From Somniosus microcephalus (lineage: Eukaryota), in NCBI GenBank assembly GCA_052327205.1, contig CM126218.1, positions 79,484,001 through 79,548,000 of the forward strand: 64,000 nucleotides of DNA, in the 5' to 3' direction. This document shows, in pieces, positions 26,845-40,870 of the stretch. Every line of letters starts with the position of its first letter. Position 1 is the first letter of the stretch. Both the position numbers and the translations under genes were made by a program. The notes beneath the pieces were generated by a model that was not told where the DNA came from, made no database searches, and saw nothing but the letters and a program-made list of their open reading frames with translations.

Positions 26845-27260
26845 ACAACAACAACTTGCATTTATGTCGTGCCTTTAACGTAGTAAAAAGCCCCAAGGCG
26901 CTTCACAGGAGCGTTATCAAACACCAAGCTATATAAGGAGATAGTAGGACAGGTGACTAAAAACTTGGTCAAAGAGGTAGGTTTTAAGGAGCGTGTTAAA
27001 GGAGGAGAGAGTGTAGAGAGGCGGAAAGGTTTAGGCAGGGAATTCCAGAGCTTAGGGCCCAGGCAGCTGAAGGCACGGCCAGCAATGGTGGAGCGATTAT
27101 AATCAGGGATGTTCAAGAGGGCAGAATTTGAGGAGCGCAGATATCTCGGGGGGGGGGGGTTGGGGGTAGGTTTGGGGCTGGAGGAGATTACAGAGATAGG
27201 GAGGGGTGAGGCCATGGAGGGACTTGAAAACAAGGATCAGAATTTTAAAATTGAGGCGTT
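26845..27260 (-). mobile_element. L2-type LINE 3' end
   Basis: Same family as 9950-10268. Confidence 0.8.
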
Positions 27261-27553
27261 CTCTGTTATTTTACATTATGTTATGTAGTCTAAGGTCGTC
27301 GGTTTCCAAAGCAAAACGTTTCAACTTTCAGTGTGGATTGAGGCAAGGTGATGAAGGCCTAAAGATACCATTAGACCCAAATATATCATTAGGCCTATAT
27401 CACATTAGGCCAGTGTGATATGGTCCTGTATCACATCAGACCTCCAAAGATATCTTTGAATGATGATTGACCTCAAACATTCCGTAAATCACGTGTTTTA
27501 GTTTACTCTTTGTATTTGCTCTGTTTGAACTCCCTTTATGTAAAGCTATACAA

Positions 27554-28012
27554 GTGTCGGCTGTGGCTCAGTGAGTAGCACCCTCGCCTCTGAGTGAGAA
27601 TTAGTGGGTTCAAGTCTCTCCCCAGAGACTTGAGCACAGCAAAGCTAGGCTGACACTCCAGTGCAGAGCTGAGGGAGCGCCGCACTGTCAGAGGTGCCGT
27701 CTTTCAGATGAGACGTTAAACCCAGGCCCCGTCTGTGCTCTCAGGTGGATGTAAAAGATCCCACGGCACTATTTTCGAAGAAGAGCAGGGGGAGTTCTCC
27801 CTGGTGTCCTGGCCAATATTTATCCCTCAATCAACATCACAAAAACAAAATCATTATCACATTGCTGTTTGTGGGAGCTTGCTGTGCGCAAATTGGCGTT
27901 TCCCACATTACAACAGTGACTACACTCCAAAAGTACTTCATTGGCTGTAAAGCGCTTTGGGATGTCCGGTGGTCGTGAAAGGCGCTATATGAATGCAAGT
28001 CTTTCTTTCTTT
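27554..28012 (+). mobile_element. tRNA-derived Deu-domain SINE (SacSINE1-like)
   Basis: A/B-box head (TGGCTCAGTGAG...GGTTCAAGTC); Deu core GGTGCCGTCTTTCAGATGAGACGTTAAAC...AAAAGATCCC; L2-like tail. Confidence 0.85.
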
Positions 28013-28676
28013 CATTATTTTGGTGTGTGTATAGAAATGCAAAACTCTTAATAAACAGGTTTGTTTATTTAAAAAATAAAGACATATGACTGGGGTACTA
28101 GAGGGTTATTTGTGGCAATCTTTTATTAGTGTGTAATATGCACTGGAAATAACATTCCTGCTTATCAACTGCCGATGATTTCTCAAAACTGTTGTAGTGA
28201 CATTGCAGTTGTTAATCCTCCAGTGTGATTATCATCACTCCTCAAGGACAACATTGAAAGTTGCTGTTGACACAAACACGGACTAAAAATTGTAACTGTA
28301 TCTTTTACAAGTAATAACAGAATGAATGGTTCAGTGTCCTTTCACCCTGGAACTACAGATTCAAATCAGCCAAAGGTGTTGGATGAAGTCTTCCCTGTCC
28401 CTTTGACTGTACAGCCCCAGTTGGTGTCTGGGATCCATATTTGGAGTGGATGGAAGTTCCACCTGCTCCAGGTCCGTTTGCATACCGGCAGCCTTGGATC
28501 CAGTGTTTCCGGGTCCTGCCTGGATTTCACTCTCACACAGTCGCAGGTGCCCAACTTATGCCCCCAATTCGCCGAGCGTATCACTTGCCCAGCAGATGCA
28601 TTCTCAGCACCTGGGGTCTCCATTGCCTTCACTTTTACTGTATTTTCTTAGTCTCCTACTCCTTTGGTCCTGGTAA

Positions 28677-29023
28677 ATCACAGAAACCCCACAGTGCAGA
28701 TAGAGGCCATTTCGGCCCATCGAGCCTGCACCGACACATATCCCACCCGATCCCCGTAACCCCTACACCAACACATATCCCACCCTATCTCCGTAACCCC
28801 ACACATTTTAATCCCCCTAACACTAAGGGTCAATTTATCATAGCCAATCAACCTAACCTGCACATCTTTGGACTGTGGGAGGAAACCAGAGCACCCGGAG
28901 GAAACCCACGCAAACACGGGGAGAATGTGCAAACTCCACACAGACAGTCACCCGAGGCCGGATTCGAACCCGGGTCCTTGGCGCTGTGAGGCAACAGTGC
29001 TAACCACTATGCCACCGTGCTGC
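28677..29023 (-). mobile_element. HE1-type V-SINE
   Basis: tRNA head GCACGGTGGCATAGTGGTTAGCAC...GGTTCGAATCC; V-domain TGTGGAGTTTGCACATTCTCCCCGTG...GGTTTCCTCCCACAGTCCAAAGA; CR1-like tail. Confidence 0.9.
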
Positions 29024-29785
29024 TAATGAGCTGAGGAGCATTTTGAGGCTTGCATAATTTCTGTCCCCCCTTTTATGACACTCCCTTTAAGTGTCCTTAT
29101 CGCTTTAAATCTCACTCATGTGCTCCCTAAATTCGTTCTAATATGCACCAGGAACTATGCCACTGAATTGACTCAGAAAATTGGATGCAAACAGCACACT
29201 TGAGTCTACCTAAAGCTGGCCAATAACCATCCAGCTCTAAACTATGCCAGTAAAGGAAAATGTAGCATTGAATGTCTTTCGAATTACAAACACAGTTTCT
29301 GCCTTTATTACATCTGCCACGATGCCTTTGGTCGCTGTCCAACACTGCTTTAGGATGTTCACTTCGCCTTGTTGAGTTTCCCTCCCTCCTCTAACTGTCT
29401 TTATTCTGAGCCAGACCAATCAGCCACTAGGGATTTCTGACTGTAACTGGCAGGCATTGAAATCAATTAAAACAAAACTCAAATGGAAATGAAACTTGGG
29501 TGTTTTCTATAACGGGTGGCCAGTCCGCAATGAAAGTTTTACGCCCGGGTGGCAAGTTGAAGGTTTATGCCGTTGTGTTATGGTTGAATGATGATGGTAT
29601 CTTGCTGGTGTTATATTCCAGCCCCACTAGGAGTAAGAAGGAGCTGACACACTACCAGTCAATGCGGGGACTGATGGAAGATACATCAGCAATTAATGCA
29701 ACTAGCCCTCAAGCACTGCTGTGGCAAAACATTGCCCCCTCTCTCGCCAGGGTCTATTGCAAGAGTGTGAGGAGCCTGTGAAATA

Positions 29786-30054
29786 CAGTAATCCCTCCCC
29801 AACCGCGGGGGACACATCCCTGAAAACCCCCGTGGTTAGTAAAACCGCGGTTGGCAAATACAGTATAAATGTTCAAATAACACAATAAAAAAGAATATAA
29901 AAGCAATAAAAATCATGTTATTTACCTTAATCCTAAATTAAAAACCGCGTATACGCAAAATTCACTGCTGCGGTTGGCAAAAGTTGTCGCAGAGAGGAAA
30001 CGCATATACTTGAAATCCGCGTATGGCAAAACTGCGGTTGGGACGGGATTCCTG
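29786..30054. mobile_element. Tc1/mariner (Tigger-like) MITE
   Basis: TA TSD; TIRs CAGTAATCCCTCCCCAACCGC / GCGGTTGGGACGGGATTCCTG. Confidence 0.8.
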
Positions 30055-30874
30055 TACATGTTGATGACTCCAAAATTGGAAGATGTCATTGGTCAGGGTC
30101 AGGGGTCAGAAATCTATACATAAAGATGTATCACTTTATAAGGCCCCAGTTACAATCAGCCTCATAAACTGTCATTTGGCAATTACTGATGGGCACCAAG
30201 TATTTACAACTATTTATAACATTGCTTGACCCGATTTGTGTCTAACAGGCCTTGATGGTCCTGGTGATTGTTCAACTGATGTTGGTTCAGGGCTTGGGTT
30301 CTATATCTAGCAAGATTCACTCAACCTTTCATCCTGCTGGGATGAATCCCCTCCCTACACCTCTCCGCCTTTTAGCTCTCTCTCCTCCTTTAAAATGCTC
30401 CTTAAAACCTATCGTGTTTGGTCACCTGTCCTAGTATCTCCTTATGTGACTCAGTGTCAAATTTTGCTTGATAATGCTGTTGTGAAGCGCCTTGGGATAT
30501 TTTTACTACATTAAAGGCGCTATATAAATGCAAGTTGTTGCTGTTACGTTGCGGGGAGAGAACAGGAGGCCACAGAGACTGAGCAGGACTTGCTGTGTCC
30601 GTCATCGGACAGTGGGCAATAGAAGCAGCAATCAGCAACCACACCCAATGAACATTTGCGTCTGACAGAGACAGACTTCAATGGGTATTCTTCTCTATTT
30701 GCAACCTATTATAGTAAAACTATTTTCATTTATAAATATATATAAGCTGTTAAAGAAAATATCCTCGAAGTTACTATTGGTGGTATTACTGGGGAAATAT
30801 GCCAACGTGATTGCATGACATTCCTCTGCTAATTGTTTTGGTGGTGGCCTTAACCCATGTAAAATAGGCAAGTT

Positions 30875-31180
30875 TTTTTTATTCGTTTACATAAAGCACG
30901 CGTCACTGGCAAGGCCAGCATTTATTGCCCATCCCTAATTGCCCTTCAGAAGGTGGTGGTGAGCCGCCTTCTTGAACCGCTGCAGTCCGTGTGGTGAAGG
31001 TGCTCCCACAGTGCAGTTAGGGAGGGAGTTCCAGGATTTTGACCCAGCGACGATGAAGGATCGGTGATATATTTCCAAGTCAGGATGGCGTGTGACTTGG
31101 AGGGGAACTTGGAGGTGGTGGTGTTCCCATGCGCCTGCTGCCCTTGTCCTTCTAGGTGGAAGAGGTCGCGGGTTCGGGAG
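30875..31180 (-). mobile_element. LINE 3' fragment, same family as 270-895
   Basis: Near-identical to 270-580. Confidence 0.8.
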
Positions 31181-31496
31181 TTAAAATAGCAGACCAAAGA
31201 ATGTCACACAAACATGTTAAGCATTCAATTGCTGATATTGGAACAGTCATTTATAAGCTTTAATATTAACTTGTACAACTGTTCCTGAAAAAACAGGACA
31301 AAACAGGAAGGCCACAGCTTTTAATTTGGGTGCTCTTTGCACAACTGGTTTGAACTTCTCTCTGGTTCTGTATAAAAGGAAGGTTTGCAGCTTATCTCCT
31401 GAGCATCTAGACTGGATGTAACGATCCAAAAATATTCTTAATGCCAAAGCTATAAAATATCGAGCAGTACACTTCTTTCCGAATTGACTCTGGTGA

Positions 31497-31980
31497 TCTG
31501 GAGAGGGTGCAGAGAGGATTTACAAGGATGATAACATAATGCAAGGGTATACCTATCAGAATAAGATGAACAGGCTGGGTCTCTTTTCTCTTGGGGGGGA
31601 GAAGAGAAGGCTGAGGGGTGACATAATAGAGGTCTTTAAAATTATGAAAGGTTTTGATAGAGTGGATACAGAGAGAGTGTTTCCACTTGTGGGGAAGAGC
31701 AAAACTAGAGGCCATCAATATAAGATAGTCACCGAGAAATCCAGTCGGGAATTCAGGAGAAACTTCTTTACCCAAAGAGTGGTGAGAATGTGGAACTCGC
31801 TACCACAGGGAGTGGTTGAAGCGAATAGTATAGATACATTTAAGGGGAGGCTAGACAAGCATATGAGGGAGAAGGGAATAGAGGGTTATGTTGATAGTTA
31901 GATGAGGAAAGACGGGAGGAGGCTCGAGTGGAGCATAAACACCGGCATGAACTGGTTGGGCCGAATGGCCTGTTTCTGTG
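31497..31980 (+). mobile_element. CR1 LINE 3' fragment
   Basis: RRLRGDIIEVFKI...NFFTQRVVRMWNSLP. Confidence 0.85.
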
Positions 31981-31984
31981 CCAT

Positions 31985-32370
31985 ACATAAGAAATAGGAG
32001 CAGGAGTAGACCATTTGGCCCCTCAAGCCTGCTCTGCCATTCAATAAGATCATGGCTGATCTTCTACCTCATCTCCACTTTCCTGCACTATCCCCATATC
32101 CCTTGATGCCTTTAATATTCAAAAATCTATCGATCTCTGTCTTGAATACACTCAACGACTGAGCCTCCACAGCCCTCTGGGGTAGAGAATTCCAAAGATT
32201 CACCACCCTCTGAGTGAAGAAGTTTCTCCTCATCTCAGCCCTAAATGGCCGACCCCTTATTCTGAGACTGTGACCTCTGGTTCTAGACTCCCCAGCCAGG
32301 GGGAAACATCCTCCCTGCATCTACCCTGTCAAGCCCTGTAAGAATTTTGTATGTTTCAATGAGATCACCT
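31985..32370 (-). mobile_element. CR1 LINE 3' fragment
   Basis: SRTRGHSLRIRG...NFFTQRVVNLWNSLP. Confidence 0.85.
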
Positions 32371-32839
32371 TTGTAATGTCCTATGTAATCCTATGTAATT
32401 ATTGTCCTTGCTAATCTTCTGTTAATTAAAACATTGCTAAAACTTCTTTTAAAGGACAAATGACTTTTAGTCTCGTCTGTGGATTAATAATGAGAAAATC
32501 CCTTTCTTCTTCAGTTGAGGAAGCTAGCTAAAGTGTCCATGGTGCAGGATTTCCTACTTGTGGGACCTTGCTGTGCATAAATTGCCTGCTGCATTTGCCT
32601 ACATACCAGCAGTGACTGCATTTCACAAAGTAACCCATTGGTTGTGAAACACTTCGGGATGTTCCCGAGGACGAGATAAGGCAATTAAATAAATGCAAGT
32701 TCTCTCTTCTAACAGCATATTTGTAGTTTCGAAGCAAAAAGAGGGGAAAGCTAAGTGGAGCAATAACCGTAATATTATCGAATAAGACAGAATGAGTGAG
32801 AGACAAGCAAGACGGTGATGGACAAAGAAGTTAGAGGCT

Positions 32840-33290
32840 AGAAAGACTTGCATTTCTATAGCGCCTTTCACAGCCACCGGATGTTCTAAAGTGCTTTACA
32901 GCCAATGAAGTACTATTTGAAGTCTAGTCACTGTTGTAATGTTGGAAACACAGCAGCCAATTTGCGCACAGCAAGCTCCCAGAAGCAGCAATGTGATAAT
33001 GACCAGATAATCTGTTTTAGTGATGTTGATGGAGGGATAAATATTGGCTCCAGGACACACTCATTGAAATAGTGCCATGGGATCTTTTACATCCACCTGA
33101 GACAGCAGACAGGAGCTTCTGTTTAACGTCTCATCTGAAAGACGGTACCCCCGACAGTGCAGCACTCCCTCAGCACTGCACTTGAGTGTCAGCCTAGATG
33201 TTTGTGCTCCAGTCTCTGGAGTGGGACTTGAAACCACAACCTTCTGGCTCTGAGGCAAGGGTGCTGCCCACTGAGCCACGGCTGACACTG
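32840..33290 (-). mobile_element. SacSINE1-like SINE
   Basis: Reverse complement of the 27554-28012 family. Confidence 0.85.
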
Positions 33291-34307
33291 TCGGAGAGAG
33301 AAGGATCAGAGGGCCAAGTTTCCTTGTATTCTGTCCAACAGTATGAGGGAGTTCAGTGGCATTTTATGTATCGGTTTCTGATATATATTTATGCAGCAGG
33401 TTAAAGCTGTAGGTGACCTTGGTCTAATTTTCATACTGATAACATGCTTATCATCTAGGCATAATCCATGTTGGAAGTACATTTTTTTTGGCACGTTTGG
33501 AAATAAAGAAGGAGATTCTGTCTCTTAAATCAAAGTCAGACCCGAAACATTGTCTGCTCCTTGCTGACGGACTGATAATAGCTCATATCAAAACATTTTT
33601 GAATGCTGGCTCACCTTGCTGACACGGTCACTGGCTCCCGCCCCTCCCCTCCCCTCGCCTGATTCATCCCTCCTCTGTTATCATTCCACAGGAAGCTCCG
33701 CTTCTTATCTTCCCCGAGAGACAGACCAAAACACAGACGGCAGTCGCCCTTGTGTGCGTGACTGCCACACAGCCTCTCCCGGCGGCCTTTGCAGTGCAGG
33801 CGCCTGGGACTGCCGTGGAGGCGGGATGGGGAGGGGCTGAACCGTATTCAAAGCTTTCTGTGAGAAGTACCACACAGGTTGGCCACGCAAGGAACTCCAG
33901 CCCAAGCATGACAGGCCCTTCCTCTGGCGCCACACACACACACACAGCCATGTCCTGTCCTGGTTCTTTCTCCTTTGTTTTCTCGATTTGCTTCCCCCCC
34001 CAAGCCACATGTACCCACACGTACTTCATTTAGATATTGCTTTTCTAACCATAACTAGCAGCCCTAATCCTCCTCTGGCCAGAAGAGCCTTTAATCTGCC
34101 GCAGCTCGGGTCCAAAGGGCGGTGCCCACTCTCCCATTCTGGGATGTCTTTTCCCATTGTCTGCGCCCCTTTCCTTTAACTCTTCATGTCGCTGTGGGCC
34201 AGGTGAATGCTTCAGCAGCTGAAAGGTGCATTCGAGCTGCTCAAAGCTTCGCCCAGAAGCATGATTAGGCCATGTTTACATACCGGACATAGAATCATGG
34301 TTACATA

Positions 34308-34643
34308 CAGGAAACTCTTTATTATCCGGCACCGACGGGACCGGCGTGGTGCCGGTTTATCAAAAAGTCCGGATTACAGAGAGGTATAGTTTAAAAGGTA
34401 CGAGAGCTCCGTACACAGCAACAAATCCAGGCTTCCCTGTTGCTTAGCAACATGTGCAGGAACTCCGGCCACAGACCAAGCGTCCCTGTTGCTTAGCAAC
34501 AAGTGCACGAACCCCAGTTACACAGCCACAGATCCAGGAACTGCCACTAATATGAAGTAAAACTTACCTGAACCTACTCCTGAATTTTGCCGGTTAACAG
34601 AGGTTTCCGGTTATTTAGATGCCAGTTAAAAGAGAGTTTCCTG
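34308..34643. mobile_element. Tc1/mariner (Tigger-like) MITE
   Basis: TA TSD; TIRs CAGGAAACTCT / AGAGTTTCCTG. Confidence 0.8.
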
Positions 34644-35059
34644 TAGAATCATGTTTAAAAAAAAAAAATTTCTTCCAAATATCTCTTCGTACCTCATCTA
34701 AGTAGCCCATTCTTCATGCGTGGCAGACTACTTGACTATGGAGGCCATCACACCTGGACCCAATCCTAACCTGGCTTGACGTCCTCGCGCATATTCCCGA
34801 GCAGAGGTCACTGAGGGTGTGCGGAGGAGTGGGAATCCTAGCCGAGTCCTCTACGCCCTCGTGCTGCCTGTACCGGTTTTGATAAGCCAGCTCAGCATAG
34901 ACTGGGGAATCAAACCTGGGGTCTTCTGGCCTGCTTGGCGTTATGCTACATTGGGCAGTGCCCTTACCCATTAAGCGACTGTTAATTTTCATGTGTGAAT
35001 GCTGTTACATGTCAATTTATGGTACAGATGAACATTCATTGAGTTAACCGATCGGATTA

Positions 35060-36192
35060 GGTGTGTGTTTGTATACATATGTGTGTGTGCATATGCGTAT
35101 GTGTGAGTGTTTATGTGTTTGAGTGTGCGAGTGTGTACCTATGTGTTTGTGTATATGTGAGTGTATATGTATATGTGAGTGAGCAATGTTCCCCCTAATT
35201 TTTTGGGGGGTGCGTGGCCCCTTCACGGTTTTGCGCATGCGTGAAATTTAACATTGAAAAAACTCATCCCGGGCTGTGCGGGACCGGCAGAGAGCTACAT
35301 GACTGCGCAGCTTAGAGGGAACGTTGTGTGTGCATGTATCTGTGAGTGTATCTGTGAGTGTATATCTATGTGAGTGTGTGAGTGTGTGTGAGTGTATCTG
35401 TGAGTGTATATCTATATGAGTGTGTGAGTGTGTGCATGTATCTGTGAGTGTATCTGTGAGTGTGTATCTATGTGAGTGAGTGTGTGAGTGTGTGTGTGCA
35501 TGTATATGTGAGTATATCTGTGAGTGTATATCTATGTGAGTGTATATCTATGTGTGTGTGTGCATGTATCTGTGAGTGTATATCTGTGTGAGTGAGTGTG
35601 TGGGTGTGTGTGTGCATGTATCTGTGAGTGTATCTGTGAGTGTATATCTGTGTGAGTGTATATATTTATGTGTGTGAGTGTATGCGTGTATCTGAGTGTA
35701 TCTGTGAGTGTATATCTATGTGAGTGTGTGTGTGTGTGTGTGCATGTATCTGTGAGTGTATCTGTGAGTGTATATCTATGAGTGAGTGTGTGTGTGCATG
35801 TATCTGTGAGTGTATCTGTGAGTGTATATCTATGAGTGAGTGTGCGTGTGTGTGTGTGCATGTATCTGAGTGTATCTGTGAGTGTATATCTATGAGTGAG
35901 TGTGTGTGTGTGTGTGTGTGCATGTATCTGTGTGTGTATCTGTGAGTGTATCTGTGAGTGTATATCTATGTGAGTGAGTGTGTGTGTGTGTGCATGTATC
36001 TGTGTGTGTATCTGTGAGTGTATCTGTGAGTGTATATCTGTGAGTGTATCTGTGAGTGTATATCTGTGAGTGTATATATCTATGTGAGTGAGTGTGTGTG
36101 TGTGTGTGTGTGCATGTATCTGTGAGTGTATCTGTGAGTGTATATCTGTGTGAGTGTATATATTTATGTGTGAGAGTGTGTGTGTGTGTGTG
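35060..36192. repeat. TG-rich compound micro/minisatellite
   Basis: (TG)n interleaved with GTGAGTGTATCT and GCATGTATCT units. Confidence 0.95.
35184..35326. mobile_element. Small hAT-like MITE within a microsatellite
   Basis: CAATGTTCCCCCTAA...TTAGAGGGAACGTTG; TSD not resolved. Confidence 0.55.
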
Positions 36193-36840
36193 TGGGGACA
36201 GCGGGGGGAGCTGGTACAAAAGCTGACCAAAAACAGAATAAAAGTCCCCACATGATATTGAAACAAATATAAATAACACCAAAACCTGAGATTTAATCTA
36301 AAGCTGCCGCTCAGACAGCAGTTGTAAAGCAGTCAGGCTTTGTTCATTCCAACCTGTCGTGAGCAGAGTTACACAAAGGTTCTGTGGATGGACGTTTTAA
36401 TTCCCATCTTGTTTCGTTTCGTTTGCATTTGATTCCTTCAGCTCCTCGGCTCCACTGGCACTTTCTACTTCAGTTATAAGGTATAATATGTGGTGTAACA
36501 TCCCCCTTCAATTCACAATAATGAAGTTGCTCATTCAGTGTGATGTCTAAAACAATTTGGGTGAGATTGGTAAACCCTCTTCCCGGAGAACTGTTCACTT
36601 GACCAACCTTCAGAGGCCTAAGCATGCAGTAGCACTGACCAGTCAGTAGATGTCAGCAACTATACACGGTATCAAACCCTTTCTTCAACAACCCTCTTGA
36701 GTTTGAGCGAATTGTATCTCATTTTGTTAAAACAGAAAACAGTTTGGAAGACTACTGTATTTCTGACACTGAATTGTTAAGCTATCCAAATCTTAAGACC
36801 GTGCAATTTCCCCCCAAACCAAGTTTCTTCCTTCTTCTAC

Positions 36841-37457
36841 GATAGCAAAATACTGCGGATGCTGGAAATCCGAAATAACAACAGAAAACGCTGGAAAAAC
36901 TCAGCAGGCCAGGCAACATCCATGGAGAGAGAAACAGAGTCAAAGTTTCAGGTCGAAGACCCTTCGTCAGAACTGAGAAAAAGGCAGGAAATGAAACCGA
37001 TTAAAAGGCCAGTTTGGGGGCTGGGAAATGGGGGAGGGGGTGAAAGAACAAAAGGGAAGGTCTGTGGGAGGTGAGGAGACATTAAGAGATATTCAAGGCG
37101 AGACGAGATGGTAATAGGACAGGTAAAGAGACAAAGGAAGGCTTTGGATGAAGTGTGAAATGCGCTGGTGAGAGACAGCTGCCATGTGGGAGAGAGAAAA
37201 AGGAAAAGGCACAAACCAAAGGTGTGGATAAAAATATATAAAAATATGATAGGGGCCGAGGTTATGGTCTGAAATTGTTGAACTCGATATTGAGTCCGGA
37301 AGGCTGTAAAGTGCCTAATCGAAAGATGAGGTGCTGTTCCTCGAGCTTACGCTGAGCTTCCGTGGAACAATTTTTTCTCAGTTCTAACGAAGGGTTTCGA
37401 CCTGAAGCGTTAACTCTGTTTCTCTCTTCGCGGATGTTGCCTGGCCTGCTGAGTTTC
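36841..37457 (-). mobile_element. Penelope-like 3' fragment with short inverted pLTR piece
   Basis: RKLEEQHLIFRLGTLQPSGLNIEFNNF on minus; 37372-37457 is an inverted pLTR copy; flanked by TCCTTCTTCT duplication. Confidence 0.85.
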
Positions 37458-38522
37458 CTCCTTCTTCTCTTGGGGCTGATAGTCATCCTGGACAGAACGG
37501 TCAATAGCGACTCGGCTGCTCATCTTACACTCGCCCAATTTTCCTTTTCTCTTGAAGTCAATGGAGTCGAAAAGCGGGCGGTGTGTGAAACAAGCGGCCG
37601 ATCCTCAACCGGCAGTTATGCGCTGGAGCGCCAGATGGATTTCACCGCGCCCACCCCCCCTCCCACCCCGCGCTGACTCTCATGTGAGCAGCTCCTTGCC
37701 TTGCCCGAGTAGCCATTCTATATCCACGCGGGCTTGGACAGTAAACACAGGCAGTCTGTTTGACTTTGGGGAGCACCACAGCCAACCCGGCTCCTGTCCT
37801 TGCCTGGCACAGTACACGCACCGTCTGCAGCAGCAGTCATCCGACAGCGGTTAGGAGCGGGAATACCGGATGATTCTTTTTCCTTGTCTACCTGAGGCCA
37901 GCTTTACACCAACGACTGTCCTGGGTGAGATAAGCAGAGGCCTGGGATAAAAGTCCGGCAGTAGCACTGCTGGGCATCCATGTGGATTATTCAATGATTA
38001 TTAAAAGGTTCACCTGTAGAATGCCAGGGTTTAGAAGCTCTCAGATGGTTGTCCTATTGGTCTATGACTGAATGAGCTGGCCTCTTATGATCGATTGGTG
38101 GAAATACACACCTTTCATGGAGCGCTTCACGTTTCGAGCCACACTTCTGTTTCGTCTCCTCTGCCAGGTGCAAGCTTGTCACATTTACTGATGACAAGGG
38201 AAAACAGTAGAGACAGAGGAAGCAGCTAAATATATGCAGAAGAATGAGGATCAGTTATGCAACTGAGCAAATAAATGGGGCAAATGAAATTTGACACCGT
38301 TGTATCACATTGTTCAATTCCATGGTCCCAGGAGCTCAGGAATAATCATATTTGATCATCTCTATCTGTTTATATCCTGATAATACTCAATCCAGTCCCC
38401 AACCCAATAAAAAACGAAAATGCTGGAAACACTCAGCAGGTCAGGCAGCATCTGTGGAGTGAGAAACAGAGTTAACGTTTCAGGTCAGTGACCAATTACT
38501 CCAGTCTGTTGTAAAGGTAAAT

Positions 38523-39360
38523 GGCCAGAACAGTGAGGCTAATGGCGCTCGCCGTTATTTATGGGTAAGTGCTACAGCAACCTCAGGCCAGAAGCAGATG
38601 TGCGGTTAAATGTGAATATCTAAAAGTTGCTGTCCGAGTTGCACCACTCTGCAGTTAGCTTCATGAAAATGGCATCTCGCCCTTGCACCCCCCGTTGTTT
38701 TTTCTTGTATTTGCCCATATAGGCCCATTAAACTCGCCAAAGAGAGTTAGGTGTTGTCATTACAAGCGTAAGTAGCCTTTTAATGACGTGATAAGTATTA
38801 TTTATTGCCAGTCAACCTCTCTGGCCCTGAAAATTAACTATTACAAGTGTGGAGTCTCATTCATTCAGGTTTTGAATTTTTTGGAGAGATTTTAAAAATG
38901 TCAAGTTTTAAAAAAATTTCTTACTTTCCTTTCTGCCTCTTTTTTATCTCTCTTAATCCAATCTTTCTTTTCTTCTCTTTATTTCTCTTTCTGTTCCTGC
39001 TCGTGTGGAGCATAAACACTGGCATGGACCTGTTGGGTCGAATGGCCTGTTTCTGTGCTCTAAATACTGTGTCATACTATGATTTGACGTTGAACTCACC
39101 CACTCTAACTCACCCTCCCTCTCGGTCCTTCCGCTGTTTATTTCCCACTCCTTAAATCTGATTGGTTACGGAGATACACAGCTGGTTGCCCTGTTCACTC
39201 GGGTCCCAGGTGCCCTGTTTGCCCCCCGGCTGCGCCGTTATCAGCTCGTACTTTCAGCAACTTTGTGGGCAAAGATTTTTTTTTGAGCTGGAGGGTGCGG
39301 AGGGAAGTCTAACTAACAGCAGACGCCATTGGATGCCCTGCTACGGCAAATTCTGGGCCC
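38523..39360. mobile_element. Degenerate Harbinger-like MITE
   Basis: GGCCAGAA...TTCTGGGCCC ends; TSD not resolved. Confidence 0.45.
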
Positions 39361-39869
39361 ACTAATTTGCTTTGGCTGAGCTATTTCCGCAGATCTATTA
39401 CTGTGTAAGAGGGAGAAAAGTCCCTTCTGCTCTCATGTCCTTCTTGAGACCTATTAATAAAATCCTTATGTTATTCACAGCTCGCTGTCTCCTTTCATTC
39501 CTTCTGTCATCACTTGGCAATGAACAAAGAGGTGAAAGTTTTATTTCAGACATGTAAACTTGGTTGCTGCTGGTCACGAGAAAGGCAAGCTACACGTTTT
39601 GGTTATGTTCTGCAGAGCCTCCACACAAGGGAGAGTTAAGAGGTTGGGAGTGACTGGTGATTTCCCCCCCAACCCCCCACCCACCCTTTCAATTTTATGC
39701 TTCCTTCTCCTAAAAGGACTGACTCGTAGTGGGATAAAGTTCCACGGTCTCCACTTGTCTTCCTGTATCTTGTCCAAGTGGCTGTTCTTCTTGTGTGGGC
39801 CTAGACTATCAGCAGCCTTTTTAACCTTGGGTGGAACCAAAGCTGAGATGAATCTTGTCCTCACCCATC

Positions 39870-40295
39870 TAGTGGTACGGTAGCATAGAGATTATGCTAC
39901 TGGACTAGTAAATCCAGAGGCCTGAACTGATGATCCGGAGACGTGAGTTCATAATCCCACCACGGCAGCTGGGGAATTTAAATTCAGTTAATTAAATAAA
40001 TCTGGAATAAAAAGCTAGTATCAGTAATGATGACCATGAAACGACCGGATTGTTGTAAAAACCCAACTGGTTCACCAATGTCCCTTAGGGAAGGAAATCT
40101 GCTGTCTTTACCCGGTCTGGCCGATATGTGACTCCAGACCCATAGCAAGGCGGTTGACTCTTAACTGCCCTCTGAAATGTCCTAACAAGCCACTCAGTTG
40201 TATCAAGTAGGCGGCTCACCACCACCTTCTCAAGGGCAATTAGGGATGGGCAATAACTGCTGGCCTTGTCAGTGATGCCCACATCAAGCATGGGA
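39870..40295 (+). mobile_element. tRNA-derived SINE sharing its 3' tail with the 270-895 LINE family
   Basis: tRNA-like head; ends GCGGCTCACCACCACCTTCTCAAGGGCAATTAGGGATGGGC. Confidence 0.7.
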
Positions 40296-40870
40296 TGGGG
40301 CGGGCACTGGAATGTCACCAGGAGCGGGAACACTGGATAATTTTATCCCCATGCTCCCAACCCCCAGCTCGAGAGGCCAATTGTAGCCTCACTCCTGCTG
40401 AGGTAAGTGAAATCAGCAAAAGCGTTCTGGTCTGTAAGGACTCAGTCCCACGGTTGAACATTGCCTTTCTCAGCTGCACCAGCTGGTGTGTGTTAGCGCA
40501 CATGTGGACTGCAGTGCTTGACAAGTTCACGCTGAAATACGTTGTGAGCTCCTCGCACCCCACATGTAAAAAACAAACAGAAATTGGTTATGATTGCTCC
40601 CTGACCAGAAAATCAACACGGGGCAAATTAAAGGCCCTTTAGTTGGCGTGGAGAGCAGAAAAAGCTAAATTCAATAGTGCTTTTAATATGAAACAATTCC
40701 TGCAGCCTTTAGGAATGAGTACAAATTGTGCCATGATATCTAAGGTCATCAGAACCTGGGTGGCTCTGGAAAACAGTCCAAAGCAAAGCTGTCAGGTCTG
40801 AATGTTAAGTCACTCCTCATACTTAAAATATGGTAAACCGCCATTTACAGTGAAAACTGTCAGATTTTTA

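Noticed and set aside
28322-28660. Cluster of short ORFs in unique-looking sequence
   Set aside because: No recognisable homology or convincing splice-site pair.
28950-29023. tRNA gene
   Set aside because: It is the tRNA-derived head of a V-SINE; the same applies to the Deu-SINE heads.
35532-36282. His/Thr- and Cys/Val-rich ORFs
   Set aside because: Translation artefacts of the TG minisatellite.
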